Source: Callorhinchus milii (Eukaryota). Taken from it: 64,000 bases of DNA. The stretch lies in the NCBI RefSeq assembly GCF_018977255.1, contig NW_024704743.1, positions 59,832,001 to 59,896,000 of the forward strand. Reading direction: 5' to 3'. Position 1 is the stretch's first letter, and the number at the start of each line of letters is the position of its first letter. The position numbers and the translations under genes were made by a program. Below are positions 1-11,440 of the stretch, one piece after another. The notes beneath the pieces were generated by a model, which was given only the letters and a program-made list of their open reading frames with translations, searched no databases and was not told the DNA's origin.

Positions 1-114
1 CCTGATGTGAAGAGTGCTATATAAACGTAAATTGTATTGTATTTTCTTCCTTAATGTATGGCATTTTTATGGTGATGCTCATGCACCACCTTTGAGCTAC
101 CTAGCCCATGCAAA

Positions 115-521
115 GAACTCATAGTCTATTCTGAGACTCCAGTGTAGTACTGGGGGAGAACTGAATTTGTTGGAAGGATTGTCCATTAAATCAGAGACTA
201 AAGCAAGTTGCAGTCTGCCTGCTCAGGTGGGTGTTAAAGATACCATGATACTAATTGAAAAGAGTTTTTCTCTGTGTGCTCACCAATAATTAAGCACTCT
301 GGGACGCTAACCAGGGTGAAGGACGCTATATAAGTGCAAGTTGTTGCTGTAATCCTCCAGTTAAGTTGGTCATTTTATGGGACCTTGTTGTGCAGAAAAC
401 CTGCCTGCACCCTTGTTTATAAATACATGATCACTACATCTGACAGCAATTCCCTGTGAAGCACTTTGACACATTTCAACATTATAGGCGCTGTATCAAA
501 TGTGAGGATTATTATTATTAT
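115..521 (+). mobile_element. Old Deu-domain (SacSINE1-like) SINE, 5'-truncated, with a short L2 tail inserted at ~291-350
   Basis: Body motifs 'ctccagtgtagtactggggga', 'tctgcctgctcaggtggg', 'tgggaccttgttgtgcag'; tail 'aggcgctgtatcaaatgtgaggattattatta'. Matches the other copies in the window. Confidence 0.75.
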
Positions 522-721
522 TTGATTGCTGATTTTGCACCTGATAATGATTTAACAAGCCAATAATTGTTATAAAATACCTATTAGTCAATATTGAAAA
601 TACGTGTTCAATCTGCTTTGATGTTGAACCATCAAAAGCCCTCTACTACTCATACAATTCATAAAGAGAATGACACTTAAGGTTATATTATAAAAGTTAC
701 AGAAAATACTACGATATATTA

Positions 722-1131
722 TTAATAATCCTTGTATTTGATATAGTGCCTTATCATATCATTGAGACATTGTAAATCACTTCACAGGATGCACTGTAAA
801 GAGGTGTGACTGTATTTTGTGGGTTAACGTGAAACCAATTTGTGCACAGTAATGTCCACAAACAGCCACTGAGTGAATGATTTACTTTATTTGGGGGATT
901 GTTGGCTATAACACCAGGAGAAACTCCCTTTTGTTTTCATAGTGCCATATGATGTTTAATGTTCACCTGAACAGGCAGACAGTTTAACTTCTCATCTGAA
1001 GCACTTCCAACAATACAGCACTGCACTACAGTGTCAGCATAGATGCTACGAATTGCAAGTTCCGACATGGGGCTTCAACCTAGAACCTTCTGATGCAGAG
1101 GAGAAAGTGCTTCCGACTGAGACAGGTTGAC
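722..1131 (-). mobile_element. Old Deu-domain SINE, near full length
   Basis: (TAA)n-ccttgtatttgatatag tail at left; tRNA-like head 'ggggcttcaacctagaaccttctgatgcagagg' at right. Collinear with 26118-26563. Confidence 0.8.
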
Positions 1132-1364
1132 ATTAATTGGAGCCAGATGTAGCCAGATTCCAAATATTAGGGGGATTAATAGTATTTAAAAAAGAGACAG
1201 CTCAACTGTGTGATTGTCTGTTGGTGAGAATAAGGGTAAGATGCAGGAATGCACATTACGACAAGAGAAAGGAAGATAAAACATGTATTCAAGTTTAAGG
1301 GCTGTCCAAAGGTGGAAGAGGGAAAGTATTGTATATTATTATTGTCATTGCTATTCTGGTCGAT

Positions 1365-1570
1365 GGCTAACCAAATGCCAAGAATATTTAGCAAGGTCAA
1401 AACAAATGATTCTAACTTTATGCTGATGAAGTCACATTTGGAACTTTGCATGCAGTGTTTTGGCATCCTACATTTAAAAGGACATTCGAAAATTTAAAGA
1501 AGATATATGTTGATGATTTCAGCACTCAAGTTATGAAGAAAGACTCACAGAAATGAATTTGGAACTCTGT
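1365..1570 (+). mobile_element. CR1-clade LINE fragment (C-terminal part of RT), degraded
   Basis: Translation ANQM...SHLELCMQ...SYEERL resembles CR1 ORF2 motifs (RPHLEYCVQFW, LSYEERL). Confidence 0.65.
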
Positions 1571-2402
1571 CATGCCCTCCAAGTGGCAGTCTGCAAAGAC
1601 TTAGGATTGAACATTGGGATATTTGTGGTTGACCTTATGTAACATTGAGAATGTGGCACTGGAGCAGATGTTTTGAGCATTGAATTCTCCCAAAGCTTAG
1701 CACAAAGTTATTTGCAGACATTTCAAAAAAAGAATAGATGCATATATATTGGAACAAAATACAGTGCATTCCTTGAACAATATTCCTTTATTTATTTGTC
1801 CATTACATTGCACCTGTTTTTAAAGCTGCAAAAATGATGATTTAATTTGAAACATTGTACAGACATATGTTCAATGTTAATTATTTATGTTTATTTTATT
1901 TACTCTGCAATACAATCTAACAAATATCTTTATCTACATACATTATGATCTATCTGAAAAGGGTACTTTCCCTTAAATGATAATTTAAATGAACTGTATC
2001 TACTACTTCTATATGCACAAATGTTGAACGATCGTAATGTAAGATCTTCATATAATATAACATTCCATGGTTCTATAAAAAGAAGTAAACTACAAGGATA
2101 GGCAGGTAAATGAGACTAAAAGGATTGCCCTTTAAAAGAGCATGATTGGATGAATGGCCTTCTTCTGTACAATAATTTTTTATGGTTCTATAACTGGCTA
2201 AACTGGTAGTTTTATTCTCTGGCAGTAATTCTGTTAAACCTGTACTGGAATGTTATGAGTTGACATTTCTTAAAGGTACTTGTATAGCACTTATCTACTT
2301 TGCAATAAATTTATCATCAGCCAAACTATCTTCTCTATAGATATTTACTTCACCTGTCTATTACAAGAAAATAACATTCCAGGCATGAGCATAACTTATA
2401 AC

Positions 2403-2553
2403 TTCAATTCTGACGAAGGGTCGTGGAACGAAATGTTGACTCACTTTCCTTCCTTAATAGATGCTGCCTGACCTGCTGAGTGTTCCCTGCGACTTCTGTT
2501 TATGTTTCTAATTTTGTTTAAAATTTCCAGCATCTGCAGTATTTTGTGTTTTG
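2403..2553 (+). mobile_element. Penelope-like element terminal fragment with degenerate hammerhead core
   Basis: 'tctgacgaagggtc..cgaaatgttgactc...agatgctgcctgacctgctgagtgttcc...tttccagcatctgcagtattttg' resembles the Penelope end common in chondrichthyans (from memory). CTGACGA at 2410-2416, GAAA at 2430-2433. Confidence 0.65.
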
Positions 2554-2595
2554 TTTTATGAAAGCAATTTGGATAGCTGTAACTTCATGTGATTA

Positions 2596-3356
2596 TTTTT
2601 TGGTCAGCCAAGTGTCTGATAAATGTGAAGACCCATCGCCATGCTTAACAGTATCCAAACCAGACTGAGAGTTCTACATATGTATGCCATTTATCAATGA
2701 AAATCTCCATGTTCTTGGAGGGATTGTTTACCTAATTCCAAAAAGTATTAGGCACAGGCTGGCAAAAGACAAAGTTTGGGGATTCCAGAGTGTGTATTGC
2801 AGTAGCGCTGGAGTTCAACCAACTGAAAACGGACCGCTTGACATTGAAAACACTCTCGGCAAGCAATCCCGCTATTTGTCCAACTACGACCACCCTACCC
2901 ATTTGGTGTGCAGGGCTAACAGGAGCTGACTGGAAAGAAACCCTGCCCCCAACAATTGGCCTGGCCTCCAAGTCCTGTCAATGAGCCAGGTTGACTGTAC
3001 TGTCATGAACAACAACTTGCATTTATATAGCACTCCTCAGGCAGGGTAGCATTCCAGAGCACTTGACAGTGGTAGAGCCTGATGCCAGGCCAGGGAGTGG
3101 GGGGGGAGCAGGGGGAAAGGTTACTATAAGCACAATCGGTCATTGAGAAAGGTCTTCAGGCCCGATCTGAAGATGGGGAAGGAAGTGGCAAAGTGGAGGG
3201 ACAGAGGAAGAGTGTTCCACCAGCAGTGCCCTGGAATACTGCAGACTTGACTGGCTCAAGAACCAGACTCTCAAGACTGACACTGAGGATTGATTTGATC
3301 CGACATTCCAGAACCAAGCATGTCAGCTTGGAGCCAATTCATTTCCAAGGAGACCC
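2596..3356 (-). mobile_element. Unclassified poly(A)-ended repeat, copy 1, split by an L2 insertion at 3008-3222
   Basis: Reverse complement aligns by eye with 13480-13898, 26997-27588 and 40098-40380; same orientation as 32198-32557. Ends in ttttttggtcagcc. Confidence 0.75.
3008..3222 (-). mobile_element. L2 LINE 3' end (second tail variant)
   Basis: 'aacaacaacttgcatttatatagcactcctcagg' tail and 'ggaagagtgttccac' (W-N-T-L on minus). Same tail type as 44913-45570. Confidence 0.75.
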
Positions 3357-3929
3357 CACTTAACTCCCCTCCCACCCCCATTCCATTTCCCCCATCCATT
3401 TACAGTATGTGAACCAATGGCATGACTAGAACCAATTTCCCAGGAAACTCTTGCAGTTGTTAAAGCAATTAATAAACGCTCTGTATTGGTGCTCAACTCC
3501 ATGTGTAACCACAGTAATGCATGCCTAAATACTCTCCTTATTCATAGCACTCTGTCTAGCACAAGGCAAAGAGGCCACTGAATCCAACCAAACCTTCACC
3601 ATTAAAAAGGACATTATGTTATCAACCTCCTCACCAAAGGATGTGGGTGTTTATTTGACTCTGTGCTATGGGGTAGTGAGCCTACTGATATCTATACTGA
3701 TGAACACTGTTAGTTCAGATGTATTTTCACACATCAGAGATTGACTTGTGAGTCAAATGTCTGGTAGCTTTGAAGCTCTTTTTTTTAGCCAATGAAAACT
3801 ATTTGGATTTAAAAAAAAGCACCTTTAAACTGGTCAGTTGGAACTGAAAGAAGAAGGGCCAAAAACAGTTTCCGGTTTATAGGACACTCTACATCAATGG
3901 GCCCCTTGCCCCCGCTCTTCTTAATTTGA

Positions 3930-4020
3930 CCCCAGCTCGGATGCAAACTTTTGACTGTCCAGCGCCTTGGGTCGGCCTCCTATCATGAAAGGTGCTATAT
4001 AAATGCAATTTGTTGTTGTG
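3930..4020 (+). mobile_element. L2 3' tail fragment
   Basis: 'gactgtccagcgccttggg...tgaaaggtgctatataaatgcaatttgttgttg'. Confidence 0.75.
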
Positions 4021-4479
4021 AAAGAATCCTGTTGGAATCACTGCATATGCCCCTAAAACCAGCTATATTCTAATCCTAGGATCAATACAATGTAGAACGA
4101 TAAATCACACAGAAACTGCACTTTACAGTGTATTCTCCATCCCCATTCCCACTGTGATGTCCTCTAAATGTGAAAGTTGGTATACCAAATGTAAGGATTA
4201 TCTTCATCATCAAATGTTACTAAAACTGCAATGTACAACAAAATTGTACATTTATGTAGTATTTTTGCAAATAAAGAAATATCACAGAAAGAGATGAATT
4301 GCAAATACAATGAATGTTTTAGATAAACACGACATGCTACAAACAATATGAGTGGCCAACTAATGTGTCATTTTTGGGGGGTGAGTTTGTTTGTCGGAAA
4401 GACACAAACCAGGATATCCAAGCGGAAAAGCCCCACTTTTCTTTGAAATGCCAATAAGTCTGAATAATCATTGGTGCAT

Positions 4480-7400
4480 GAGGTAAAAGTCATGATAGTG
4501 CATATTTACAATTACAATACATTTTCAGTCTACTCAATTGCCTTTCATTTTTTTCTTGCTTCAGAATGTAGAAAAATAGCCCTCCCCCCCCACTCCCCCC
4601 TCCCCCCTCCCCCAAAGCCCCCGAAAGATGCCTTTGATTTCACAGCAGGTAACAGTTAATAACAGCGTTGCTCAAACTTCAATGCTGGGAATGAGAGGTG
4701 ACTGCCTGCCTGGCACACATACCTGTGGCTGCTGTTACATGGGTGGCGCCTGTATTCCTCGCATTCAGACAGCAGCCTGCCCAGCCTGTCTCCCAGTGCC
4801 TGATCCAACTCATCTTACCTTTCATGGGATCCAGCTGCCGCCTCATCTGATTCCCTCAGCCTAGGATGAACCTCCGGGGCGGACACTCTCTCTGTCCCAC
4901 TGTCTACTCTATCTCAGCCACAATCTCTCCTGTGCCCCAGGGCCAGCCAGTCATCACTCGCCTCCCTCCCCAATCCCACCGCCTGGAAGATTAGCAACTG
5001 ATTCACAGTCAAATCCTGGGCGAAGTGGCAGCGCCCCCGTAAACTGGAGCCTCCACACGGATTATCTTTTTGCGATCCGGCTTTAGACCCATCAGCAGCC
5101 GTTGCTCTGGTGCCAATGGATTCAATTCTGCAATCTGTAAATCAAATTTTACACATAAAAAGAGGATCCAGCAGCCAAACGTTAGGTCACATTTTCATAA
5201 AACTTACATACAGTAAATCTGTCATTGGCTTTTACATCTTAAATTACATTCCCCCAAATTCGGCAACACATCTACTATACAACATGTTATTGCAATTTTT
5301 GTATTAAAAAAAAATGCATTTACGCGTTAAAACATCCAGGAAGGCGCGACACAGCCAAGCCCACTCCTGTGGAGATCTTTCCAATATATTTTCCTATAAA
5401 AGAAAAAGAACGCACAAAACTGCTTGTAGGTTGGTTGCAAAACAACACGCCACATACCTGTGGTGAGGAGAGAACACATATTTATTGTTACCAAATGTGG
5501 CTTGGGATTAATCTAACAATCACCAGGGATTTGAATTTATTTAATGACCCAATTAATAACATCCATACAATAGCAACATGTCGGAGTCAGTCTTCAGAAA
5601 TCCACAGCCTCAGGTACCTTTCCAGGAGACGTCTTTCAAGATTACATATTACATTTAATCTGCCACTCTAAATATAGGGCCCTGTATACATTCATATAAA
5701 AAATAAGACCCATTGGATTCAGTTGGGATTCACACCAGCCCTTTACAAAATATTTATTTTTGTTTCCAAAAGCTGATCAGAAATAAACCTAACTGGTTGA
5801 TTGATAGGTTTAGCACATACCAGGGATTAGATTGCTTTTCTTATTTTAAAAAAAATCGCACTGTTAACCAGGGAAACCATTTCTCTCTCTTCCCCTCCCC
5901 CTCCTCCCCCTCCCCCTGCTCCTTTCATTCAACAACGCCATCTTTCATGAAGAATTTAAGTTTCATATTTTCATCTGTCAGTCTTGAAAAGGCCTGTCAT
6001 CTGGAGCTTGCAGTACAGTTTGCCAACAGGCATAGCCCACAATGACGATACAATCTGAGATCTGTGCTCCTAGGCTCCAGGTAATCCTTCACTTTCCTCC
6101 TCAGCACTCTCAACAGCCTAGTTATGATCAGGCTTAAATTGCATATTTTGTTTTATCAGTATTTCGCTGATGAATGCTATCAGCGAGGGTGAAATGAGAT
6201 CCAGGGAATCTGAACGAGTGTACATTACACTGAAGGCACCTCTCTTACCCACAGCGTCCTATAGTGTGGGAACAGAGTCAGGGGAGACAGCTTCGAAATT
6301 ATATTTAATAACTCAGCAAAGATCCCACCTAAATCATGTCTCTTTCCACTTGACCTAATTTTCTCACGGATTCCCAGGGACGAATGCGCTTCTGATGAAC
6401 TCAACTGGGCAAATGAGGGGAAACGTTACTCAACAAGGTTACTGTAGGGAGGTGTATTTCGACTTAAATAAAAATGTTATTTTCCATCTTAAAAATTGTG
6501 GAGAGTTGATTCACGAATTTTTCAATCAGGGGGGAATATAAGGGGTGCAATATAATTAATTCTGCAAATGACAATTCAGTACCTCACTGTCTGCTGTGGG
6601 ATCTGCGGGCAATCTGACCTCCAGACTATTCTGCCATTCACAGTATCTGCCTCAATTACTCATACACCTTTAATTGGAATAATCACTTCGCTTTTCTTAA
6701 AACAAAGCTGGTTTTAAAATGAAATCCCCTTCCTAAAACTAATATTTTGCGTTAGGAGGCTTCTATTAACGAGACACCCGTTTCGTTTCGTCTCCGTTGG
6801 GTAAAACCCATCAACACTGAGTCAAATTGACCTGAATTAAACCACATAGACATGGCAGTAACCTCCTGGTGCTGGATGGACCCCATCCACATGGACATGT
6901 TTTCTCGGCCGCGGATAAACTAATGAAGGAACAAACATTTTGCTTTTGCCTTATAGCGGATCAGAAGATAGTTTTGACGTTGAGAGCTCCCAACTGAACG
7001 CTAGAGGTTTCTACAACATGAATTATATATTATATATATATAGGGATTAGTATCACTGAGCCATTGTTTTAGTCTCACCATATAAACATGCGTTTGGCAA
7101 CTTGAATGCACCATTTGCAGTAACATTGGGGAGAGAGGGAGAGAGAGTTTATCTGCGCATTCTTAGACTTTTAGTTTGGTCAGTCTAACAGTGGTGCGAT
7201 TTTAGAAATGTGGGATGATTTAATGCACTTTTGTAGTTGATCGCGTGCTACTTTACTTTCTTGTTGTTATATACTTGAAAAACGTGGACAATAACGATCT
7301 CTGGTGTCACCCGATCCTAAGCTGCAGAACAGAACCCACGTCTCTGCTGCGTTGCAAACCGTGCGGATTTGCCCTGATTCCTGGCAGACAGAGCTACTTT

Positions 7401-8560
7401 GTAGTTTCCAAAGGGTTTAGGCACAGGTAGAGCAGCCCTGATGTAAACGTTTTCAGGTCACTCTTTATTGCGAAAGGAGCAACTAAAATAAACACTACAC
7501 TTTACCAATGCGGTGTGGAAATTACATTGCAACCCAATATACTTTGATTATATAACATTTAAAACTGCATCGACTCTTGTCAGAAATACTGCAGGACTCC
7601 GGAAGTCCAATAAGAATTGGAAACAGAACCTGAATGAGTGCAGCAGTGATATAGTACAAATATGTTATGATCTGCTGGATGTTTACACAATGCTGCTGTT
7701 CATATTTCTTCTCTCTCTCTCTCTCTCTCTCTGGGACAGTCGCAGTTTGATACAGACCTTGTAAAACTGAACTGCATTTAAAGCATCACAATTCATTTGT
7801 GATTGTATGTTGACCTGACAATAAAACCATGCAGTGTGATCAAAATCGTGCAGTCTCCAAGTTTTAACTCTTAGAGTGCTGACATGTTTGCAGAGATTAT
7901 TGTACCTGGCCTTGGTCTGGCTATTTTGAGCTAAAGCTGAAAAACAAACACTGCATTACAGCAGCAAAGCTATTCATGAATCTGAACACCTTTATTACTC
8001 CAAATTTAACCTCAACTTACAAAAATGAATACAAAATAGATACGTTTCAAAAATACATATTTAAAAGACTGGCATATTCTCATTTTGTGTCTTTTTTGGT
8101 CCCCATTTTTCACTCGTCACTATTTTTACATTTCCTAACATTTCTAACTTTAAAACCTTCACTTCCTTTCTCCTTTCTTCCAGCTTTTATTTTCCATTTT
8201 CCCTGGCTCCAAATGCAGATCATAACTCTTCTGCCCCGGAACAGTATGTTTTTATTTTTTCATATTTTATTTTTTCATTTTTATTTTTTAATTTTTTCAC
8301 CATCCATTCTGTTGGCCTCTCTGGTAAAAAGTCTGATTTCTGTAGAAATATAGCAATATAATGTTTGTGTCCCTCGGCACACGATGAAATAAAGGCCAAT
8401 CAAGGGACTGTAAACATATCAAAAGACTATTTTGTGGAGGGATTTTTGACAGGGGAGGATACAGATATATACCGTCCACCATCCACCAAACTTCATTTGA
8501 GCTACAGGACTTTAACATTAGTGAGGTTGAAGTTTCAGATAGGCTTAAGGGATTGAAAAC
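4480..8560. promoter_or_regulatory. Repeat-poor island with locally raised CpG; putative promoter/regulatory region
   Basis: About 4 kb without the SINE/LINE tails seen every 1-2 kb elsewhere. More CpG dinucleotides (e.g. 4875, 5020-5100, 5345, 6770-6915, 7240-7365), GC box ggggcgg near 4876, C-tracts. Confidence 0.4.
4819..4846 (-). CDS. Candidate short first coding exon (MRRQLDPMK-, phase 1) of an unidentified minus-strand gene
   Basis: Minus strand: in-frame TGA, then ATG AGG CGG CAG CTG GAT CCC ATG AAA G|GTAAGA (strong donor), in a GC-richer repeat-free island. No downstream exon identified. Confidence 0.25.
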
Positions 8561-8639
8561 AAATTAATTCACCAGGATGGAGAAAATGGTACTAAAAAAG
8601 AGAACAATGGATTAGATTTGGGATGTATTATCAGATATT

Positions 8640-8795
8640 TTGAGGGAGTTGAACACCCCTGGAGAATCTCTGACAGGCTGGCAACCATTACTATGATTCT
8701 CATATTCAAGAAGGGTGACAGAGCCACATCTGACAACCACAGATCTATGAGCCTGTCTTCAATAATTTGAAAATGAATGGAATCAATTATTATCC
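8640..8795 (+). mobile_element. CR1 LINE RT N-terminal fragment
   Basis: Encodes IFKKGDR..SDNHRSMSLSS...MES II, matching CR1 PIFKKG.R..P.NYRP.SLTS. Confidence 0.75.
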
Positions 8796-8942
8796 TTATG
8801 ATCTGCTGAATGCTTACATAATTCTGCTGTTCATGTTTCTTCTTTCTCTCTCCGGGATAGTCGCTATTTGATATAAATCTAGCAAAAATAAACTATTATA
8901 TTATAATAATTATATATTATGATAAAGGATCAATTTCCAGTG

Positions 8943-9137
8943 GTAATAATCCCTCCCCCACCAAAAAAATGTGGTCACTCAATCCACAACTGTTTGTGGG
9001 ACACTGCTGTACACAATTGTCTGCCGCATTTCGCACACAAAATCCACAGTCAATCCACTTTACAATATATTCTGTGAAGTGTTTTGAGATGTCTCAACGA
9101 CATGATAGGGTGCTATATTAAATGCAAGGATTATTAT
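8943..9137 (+). mobile_element. tRNA-Ala-type SINE, 3' half
   Basis: 'tttgtgggacactgctgtacacaattgtctgccgc...tgctatattaaatgcaaggattattat'. Confidence 0.8.
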
Positions 9138-10088
9138 CAAAATAAAAAAGGACAATTACCTGTATGAAAACATACAAATAAATTAGCTATTATTATTGTC
9201 AGACTTTCTGAGTTTCTGAGATAGTTTGTGCATCAGAATTATCTTAGCTTAATAACATCATTGTTTTGATCTGTCATTGTTGAATGTATTTCAGAGAACG
9301 ATTCCCAAGATCCAAATATACCTCTCGACATGCTTGTTCTCCTCCCTGAATTCTCAGCCTGTTGAAGGTAAGAAGTTAAGACTTGAAACTTTATCCAGTT
9401 TTCTTAATTTTAAAACAAATCTGATATTCACACAATATAAAGTCGTGCAGCCAGTTCAAAATGGCCTCCTTGAGAGTGAGACACTCGAGTGAACATGCAG
9501 ACAACGATTTACCCTTTTTAGTGATTCAATGACATTTCTTGATCTTTCTCTACTTCCATTGTATTAATGAATGAAGCAGTAATAGACTGGTAGCAATGCG
9601 ATGAGTTGGAACTGAGGACTGGCAGCTTAAATGACTGAGGGCTTTCCCCATTCATTCAATTCATCTGTCCACATGTAAAATATATAGAACTTGCAATTGT
9701 CTAGTTTAAATTGATCACATGCGTATTTTAAAAGTCTTTCCGTCACATTTCTAGGGTGTGTTGGTGGGTTTTCAGCTGGATAGGAGGAGGACTACGAAAT
9801 TGTTTTGTAAAAAGTGACTGATCAATAATCTCTTCATCTATCATGGTAGAGATAAATATGAATTTGAGTCTGAAAATTTCCATGGGCTTGGTTGCTTTTT
9901 GCAAATGCAGAAAGTGGTCGTTCTCATCTTATTAATATTGCCCTAATTCAGGCTGAGTTCAGCCAGCATCCCCTCAATAACTTCAGAAAGCCTGTTTATT
10001 GGCACTCAAAAATGATCCCCACTAAGTTAGATCAGGTGCCTAATGTTTTTCAGCTAAGTTTCGCCACAGTATTTAGAATTAGGAAATC

Positions 10089-10260
10089 ATAATAATCCTT
10101 ATATTTGATATGGTGCCTTATCACAAGCGCCTTTGAGATGTTTAGAAGACGTGAAAAGCGCTATATCAAATGCAAGGAATATTATTATTATTATTATTTT
10201 TATTATTATTATTATTATCATGTTGAAATGTCTCAAAGCTTCTACAAAATATTGTAAAGA
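10089..10260. mobile_element. Minus-strand SINE tail with a plus-strand SINE tail and (TTA)n inserted
   Basis: Opposed 'ccttatatttgatatgg' and 'gctatatcaaatgcaagg(att)n'; the host resumes after a repeated 'ttatca'. Confidence 0.7.
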
Positions 10261-10304
10261 TTTAAAACCAAGCCTGCGGTATTTATACTCCATAAATCTT
10301 CACC

Positions 10305-10912
10305 CATTCCTTATTCCCAGTCATAACCTTCTACTACCCTCTCCTTCATCTGACGGTCTAGCTTCCTCTTGAATGCATCTACATTATTTGATTCAACCAC
10401 CATTTCAGTCAGCGAGTTCCACAATATCACTACCCTCTGCATGAAGTAGCTCTTCATACATTCTCCTTTAGATCCTTTAGTTGCTATTTTACACTCAAAT
10501 AAACAGTCAATTCACTTTACAGTATTCTGTGAAGCGCTTTGAGACATCTAGAATATGTGAAAAGTGCTATATCAAATGCAAGAATTATTATTATTTATAC
10601 TATTACACTCATGTCCTCTGGTTACAGTCTCTCCAACCAATGGAAACTGTCTTAATTTTTATCAAACCCTTTTATAATTTTAAACACCTTTATGAGGTCC
10701 CTTCTTAAATGTCTTCTCTCACAAAAAAAGGCCTATCTAAGTAAATTCAGCATAAATATTATGTATTTATTTAACCTATTTATTTGATTTTTATTTAAAT
10801 ATTATTCTGATAACAACAATCTGTCATTCCTGGTATCGTCCTGGCAAACCTATGCTGTACTCTTTCCATCACTGCTTTATCTTTCTTAAAGTGTGGAAAC
10901 CAGAATTGGACA
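10305..10912 (-). mobile_element. CR1 LINE 3' region, interrupted by a SINE tail at ~10480-10595
   Basis: Minus translation VQFWFPHFKKDKAVMERVQHRFARTIPGM; 'cagagggtagtgatattgtggaactcgct' (QRVV..WNSL). Confidence 0.8.
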
Positions 10913-10939
10913 GACTTTCTGTGAAGTGTGATGACTGTG

Positions 10940-11440
10940 AATTTAAATAATAATATCCACGACACTGGGACAAACTGCCTATTCTTTTCGAGCAATGCCG
11001 TGGGATCTTTAACGTTCACCCGAACAGGCAGCCAGGACCTTAGTTTAATGCAGCGCTCTGCCAGCACTGTATTGGAGTATCAGGTGGACTATGAGCTCAA
11101 ATGTGGAGCTGGAACACAAACTCAAAAGTGGGGTAATATCAAAACACATTTCAACTTCATTCCTTAAACTTAAACTTAAACTGCCGACTTGTGTTGTACG
11201 TCAAACGTCTAAGACACAACTTGAAAAGAGGAGGAACTTTCTCTCAGTGTCCTGATAAAATTTATACGTCCTCATCCTCTAGATAAAATTGATCATTCAC
11301 TTAATGGTTGTTTGTGGGACAATGTTGTGTGCACATTGTTCACTGACAAATACACCATAACTATGCTTTACTGTAAATCATGTGAAGTATTTTGAAACAC
11401 CTCAACAACGTGACAAGGCAAATATAATGATTATTATTAG
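10940..11440. mobile_element. Two degraded Deu-type SINE fragments (minus ~10940-11120, plus ~11200-11440)
   Basis: 'gccgtgggatctttaacgttcacccgaacaggca' and 'tttgtgggacaatgttgtgtgc...gattattatt'. Confidence 0.65.

Noticed and set aside
5028..5047. CTCF site (gcagcgcccccgtaaactgg)
   Set aside because: Only the GGGGGCGC half matches; the CCA.CAG half is absent.
7976..8353. 125-aa hydrophobic 'membrane protein' ORF
   Set aside because: The Phe/Leu richness comes from T-rich low-complexity DNA; no recognisable domain.
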